Source of the DNA: an uncultured Chloroflexia bacterium
GTDB taxonomy: Bacteria > Chloroflexota > Limnocylindria > Limnocylindrales > CSP1-4
DNA length: 64,000 nt
NCBI GenBank assembly: GCA_963819655.1
Contig: CAWFXA010000003.1
Coordinates: 576,001-640,000 of the forward strand
Direction: 5' to 3'
In this document: in pieces, positions 61,815 through 64,000 of the stretch
Position numbering within the stretch: position 1 is the first letter of the stretch
How the letters are laid out: the number at the start of each line of letters is the position of its first letter
Notes under the pieces: generated by a model
Told to the model about the DNA's origin: nothing
The model's database searches: none
What the model saw: only the letters and a program-made list of their open reading frames with translations
Translations under genes and position numbers: made by a program

Positions 61815-62327
61815 ATGACCGACAGCTCGACCCTGACCGACACTCAGATCGTGGGGCTCCAGCCCCAGGCGACCGCGGCGGTCCGCATCCAGCAGCCGAT
61901 GACGGAGCTCGACCTGGCAAAGGCGTTCGACCGCTTCATGGCGATGGTCGCATCGACGATCGAGGCACGTGGCGGTGAGATCGGTGGGCCACCGTTCGGC
62001 CGATACCATCGGTTCGGACCGGACGTCGTCGACGTCGAGATCGGGTTCCCAGTGGCGAAAGCTCCGGACCTGCCGCCCTTGATATCCGTCGAGGCCGGCG
62101 AGGTCGGGATCTCGGAGCTTCCGGGCGGCCCGGTCGCGCGAACGGTCCATCGGGGCACGTACGATGGCCTCGCGGCGACCTACGACGCCCTGCATGAGTG
62201 GATCCACGCTCAGCCGGGCTATGACGACGGCGTCGGCCCGTGGGAGTCGTATGTCGACGATCCGAGCTCCGCCGCCGATCCGTCGCAGCTGCGCACCGAG
62301 GTGATCTGGCCGCTCGTTCGCGGTTGA
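61815..62327 (+). CDS. GyrI-like small-molecule binding protein
   Basis: HRGTYDGLAATY, PWESYVDDP, LRTEVIWP. Confidence 0.9.
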   Translation: MTDSSTLTDTQIVGLQPQATAAVRIQQPMTELDLAKAFDRFMAMVASTIEARGGEIGGPPFGRYHRFGPDVVDVEIGFPVAKAPDLPPLISVEAGEVGISELPGGPVARTVHRGTYDGLAATYDALHEWIHAQPGYDDGVGPWESYVDDPSSAADPSQLRTEVIWPLVRG

Positions 62328-62334
62328 CAGACGC

Positions 62335-62586
62335 TCAGGCGCGCCGCTCCTCGTTCGTCTCGATGAGCTTGTCGATGACGCGCTCGATCTGACGGTCCGA
62401 GAGCTTTCGGCCGGCCTCGGCCGCGATCCGTGCGCGGGCCAGCCGGATCGCTTCGGCTTTCGGGATCCGAAAGCCCGACGGGATGCGGATCCCCTCGATC
62501 TCGCCGTCGCGGATCATGTCGCGCACCGTCCCCGGCGACCGTTCCAGGATCCAACTCACCTGTTCCGTCGAGAGATGCTCGTCCAT
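62335..62586 (-). CDS. Small MerR/excisionase-like (HTH_17) DNA-binding protein
   Basis: LSTEQVSWILERSPGTVRDMIRDGEIEG...FRIP. Confidence 0.75.
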   Translation of the reverse strand: MDEHLSTEQVSWILERSPGTVRDMIRDGEIEGIRIPSGFRIPKAEAIRLARARIAAEAGRKLSDRQIERVIDKLIETNEERRA

Positions 62587-62620
62587 CGCATCGACGCCGC
62601 GCGACAGCGCGTTCTGACGA

Positions 62621-63031
62621 CTAGGCCCTCGTCGGCTCCATGCGCTCGACGAAGTCTGCTCTCCAGGCTGGCGCGTCGAACGGGTTGGCGAAGTACTCGG
62701 TCAGCTTGGCGACCTTCCCGTCGCGGACCTCGCCGATGCCGACGTAGCTCACCGGGACGCCATCGCCGTAGTCGATCGCGCCCTCGATGACGAAGACGTC
62801 GCCGCCGCCGAGCATCCGCTTGTACGTGAACTTCGGGCTCGTCCCGGAACGCTCCGCATACGCCTCGTTCAGTCGCATCGAGGAGTCCTTGGTCAGGCGT
62901 TCCCCGGACTGCGGCCACTCTTGCGCGAAGTCGTCCGCTGCGTATTCCTTGACAAGCTCCGTCAGGCGACCGAAGTCCCCGGTCTTGAGGCCTTCTTCGA
63001 ACTTTGCAGCCATTTCCATGTTGTCGCCCAT
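62621..63031 (-). CDS. SnoaL/NTF2-like protein
   Basis: EWPQSGERL, EVRDGKV...EYFANPFDAPAWR. Confidence 0.88.
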   Translation of the reverse strand: MGDNMEMAAKFEEGLKTGDFGRLTELVKEYAADDFAQEWPQSGERLTKDSSMRLNEAYAERSGTSPKFTYKRMLGGGDVFVIEGAIDYGDGVPVSYVGIGEVRDGKVAKLTEYFANPFDAPAWRADFVERMEPTRA

Positions 63032-63134
63032 CCCGGCGCCCTCCTATATCCGTGGACGCCCAGCTTGGACCTGCCAGCCATGGACGGCAAGCGCACCTAC
63101 GCAAGTGACGGCATGCCCAGGCTCGCCTCCTTCG

Positions 63135-63791
63135 TCAGCCGCGCTCCAGCGCATCGGTGACGAGCGGGATGGGGCGACCCTCGCCGTCTACCAGACGCCA
63201 CCGCACACCCAGGTCGTTGTCGCGACCGTCGGCCAGGAGATCCGCGACGTCGGCAGGCGACGCGTCTGGGCCGAGTGCCCCGATCGCCTGCGCGAGCGCG
63301 AAACCCGCGACAGCGGGAACCGCGCCGACCAGATCGCGCCGGACCATTCCCTCCGGGTCGGACACGCCTGCCTTGGCCAGGTGCGAGATGAGCTTGGTGG
63401 CCCGCCGACGTTCGGCCGGCTCGAGGTCGCGCATCCAGCGCGGTTCGGCGGGTCGGGCGGGTTCGGGCTCCCTCGCCTCGGCCTCGGCCTTGGCGGCTTT
63501 CGACCCGCTCGCCGCCTTGGCCGGTGTGGGAGCAGGTGCGGCCGCCGCCCGGTCCTTCAGCTTCGACGTCGGCGCAACGGTGCCGCGCGCGGCCTCGATC
63601 GCCCCCTTGGCAGCGCCCAGGCTCTTGAATGGACCGCGGACGAGCGGCAGCCCAAGGTCATCGGTCTGTTCCGAGTCCACGACGGCCCAGGTCCCTGACT
63701 GCGGCTCGATCGTGAACCGCTCATCGCGTGTCTGCCAGCGTCCTCCGCCGAGCCGCTTGAGACCCTCGTCCTTGTCCGGCGCCGCAGCCAT
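63135..63791 (-). CDS. Hypothetical protein
   Basis: Long ORF, translationally coupled to upstream gene; A/K/P-rich linker between two domains. Confidence 0.7.
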   Translation of the reverse strand: MAAAPDKDEGLKRLGGGRWQTRDERFTIEPQSGTWAVVDSEQTDDLGLPLVRGPFKSLGAAKGAIEAARGTVAPTSKLKDRAAAAPAPTPAKAASGSKAAKAEAEAREPEPARPAEPRWMRDLEPAERRRATKLISHLAKAGVSDPEGMVRRDLVGAVPAVAGFALAQAIGALGPDASPADVADLLADGRDNDLGVRWRLVDGEGRPIPLVTDALERG

Positions 63792-64000
63792 CAAGCGCGC
63801 CCACGGACCAGATCGATCAGCCGCCCGAGCACCCGTTCGCCGTCAGCCCGCAGCCCGTTGTGCTCGAACTCGTCGGTCTGCCAGGTGCGGATGCCGCGGA
63901 TCGTCGCGGCGGTCTCCTCGGCGAAGTCGCGTTCGACATAAAGGTCGTTGACGTAGATGGTCGCCGCCACCGGCACGTCGTTCCGCCGCAGGCGTTCGGC
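63791..64000 (-). CDS. Proline iminopeptidase-like alpha/beta hydrolase (3' end)
   Basis: NDVPVAATIYVNDLYVER...FEHNGLR typical of the family C-terminus. Confidence 0.8.
   Translation of the reverse strand, partial: AERLRRNDVPVAATIYVNDLYVERDFAEETAATIRGIRTWQTDEFEHNGLRADGERVLGRLIDLVRGRA

Noticed and set aside
62335-62586. Prophage or ICE boundary
   Set aside because: No integrase, tRNA, att-like repeat or phage genes in the window

Overview
GC-rich (~70%) bacterial chromosomal window holding about 65 mostly accessory genes. The gene repertoire suggests a soil Chloroflexota- or Actinomycetota-like organism (inference only). I found no rRNA, tRNA, CRISPR-cas, transposase or integrase. Main blocks: (i) 2.9-14.1 kb, two paralogous LAL (AAA+/LuxR) regulators surrounded by epoxide-hydrolase, VOC and stress genes that share a recurrent 22-bp site over their -35 positions; (ii) an RpoD-like sigma with a long insertion, facing a truncated ECF41 sigma, plus an intact ECF41 with a consensus-like promoter; (iii) cyclic-nucleotide signalling genes: a RibD/DHFR-like domain fused to a class III cyclase with guanylyl-cyclase-type specificity residues, convergent with a cNMP-binding protein, plus a TPR-cyclase and a stand-alone cNMP protein; (iv) an orphan TadA/CpaF ATPase fused to a catalytically degenerate Rid domain; (v) LigD ligase and phosphoesterase modules split into separate genes; (vi) a WYL regulator, a class II UvrA (DrrC-like) with a phased 62-bp TGAC-N5-GTCA array downstream, and a dynamin-like GTPase pair. 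More than ten genes carry single frameshifts, most likely long-read assembly indels.
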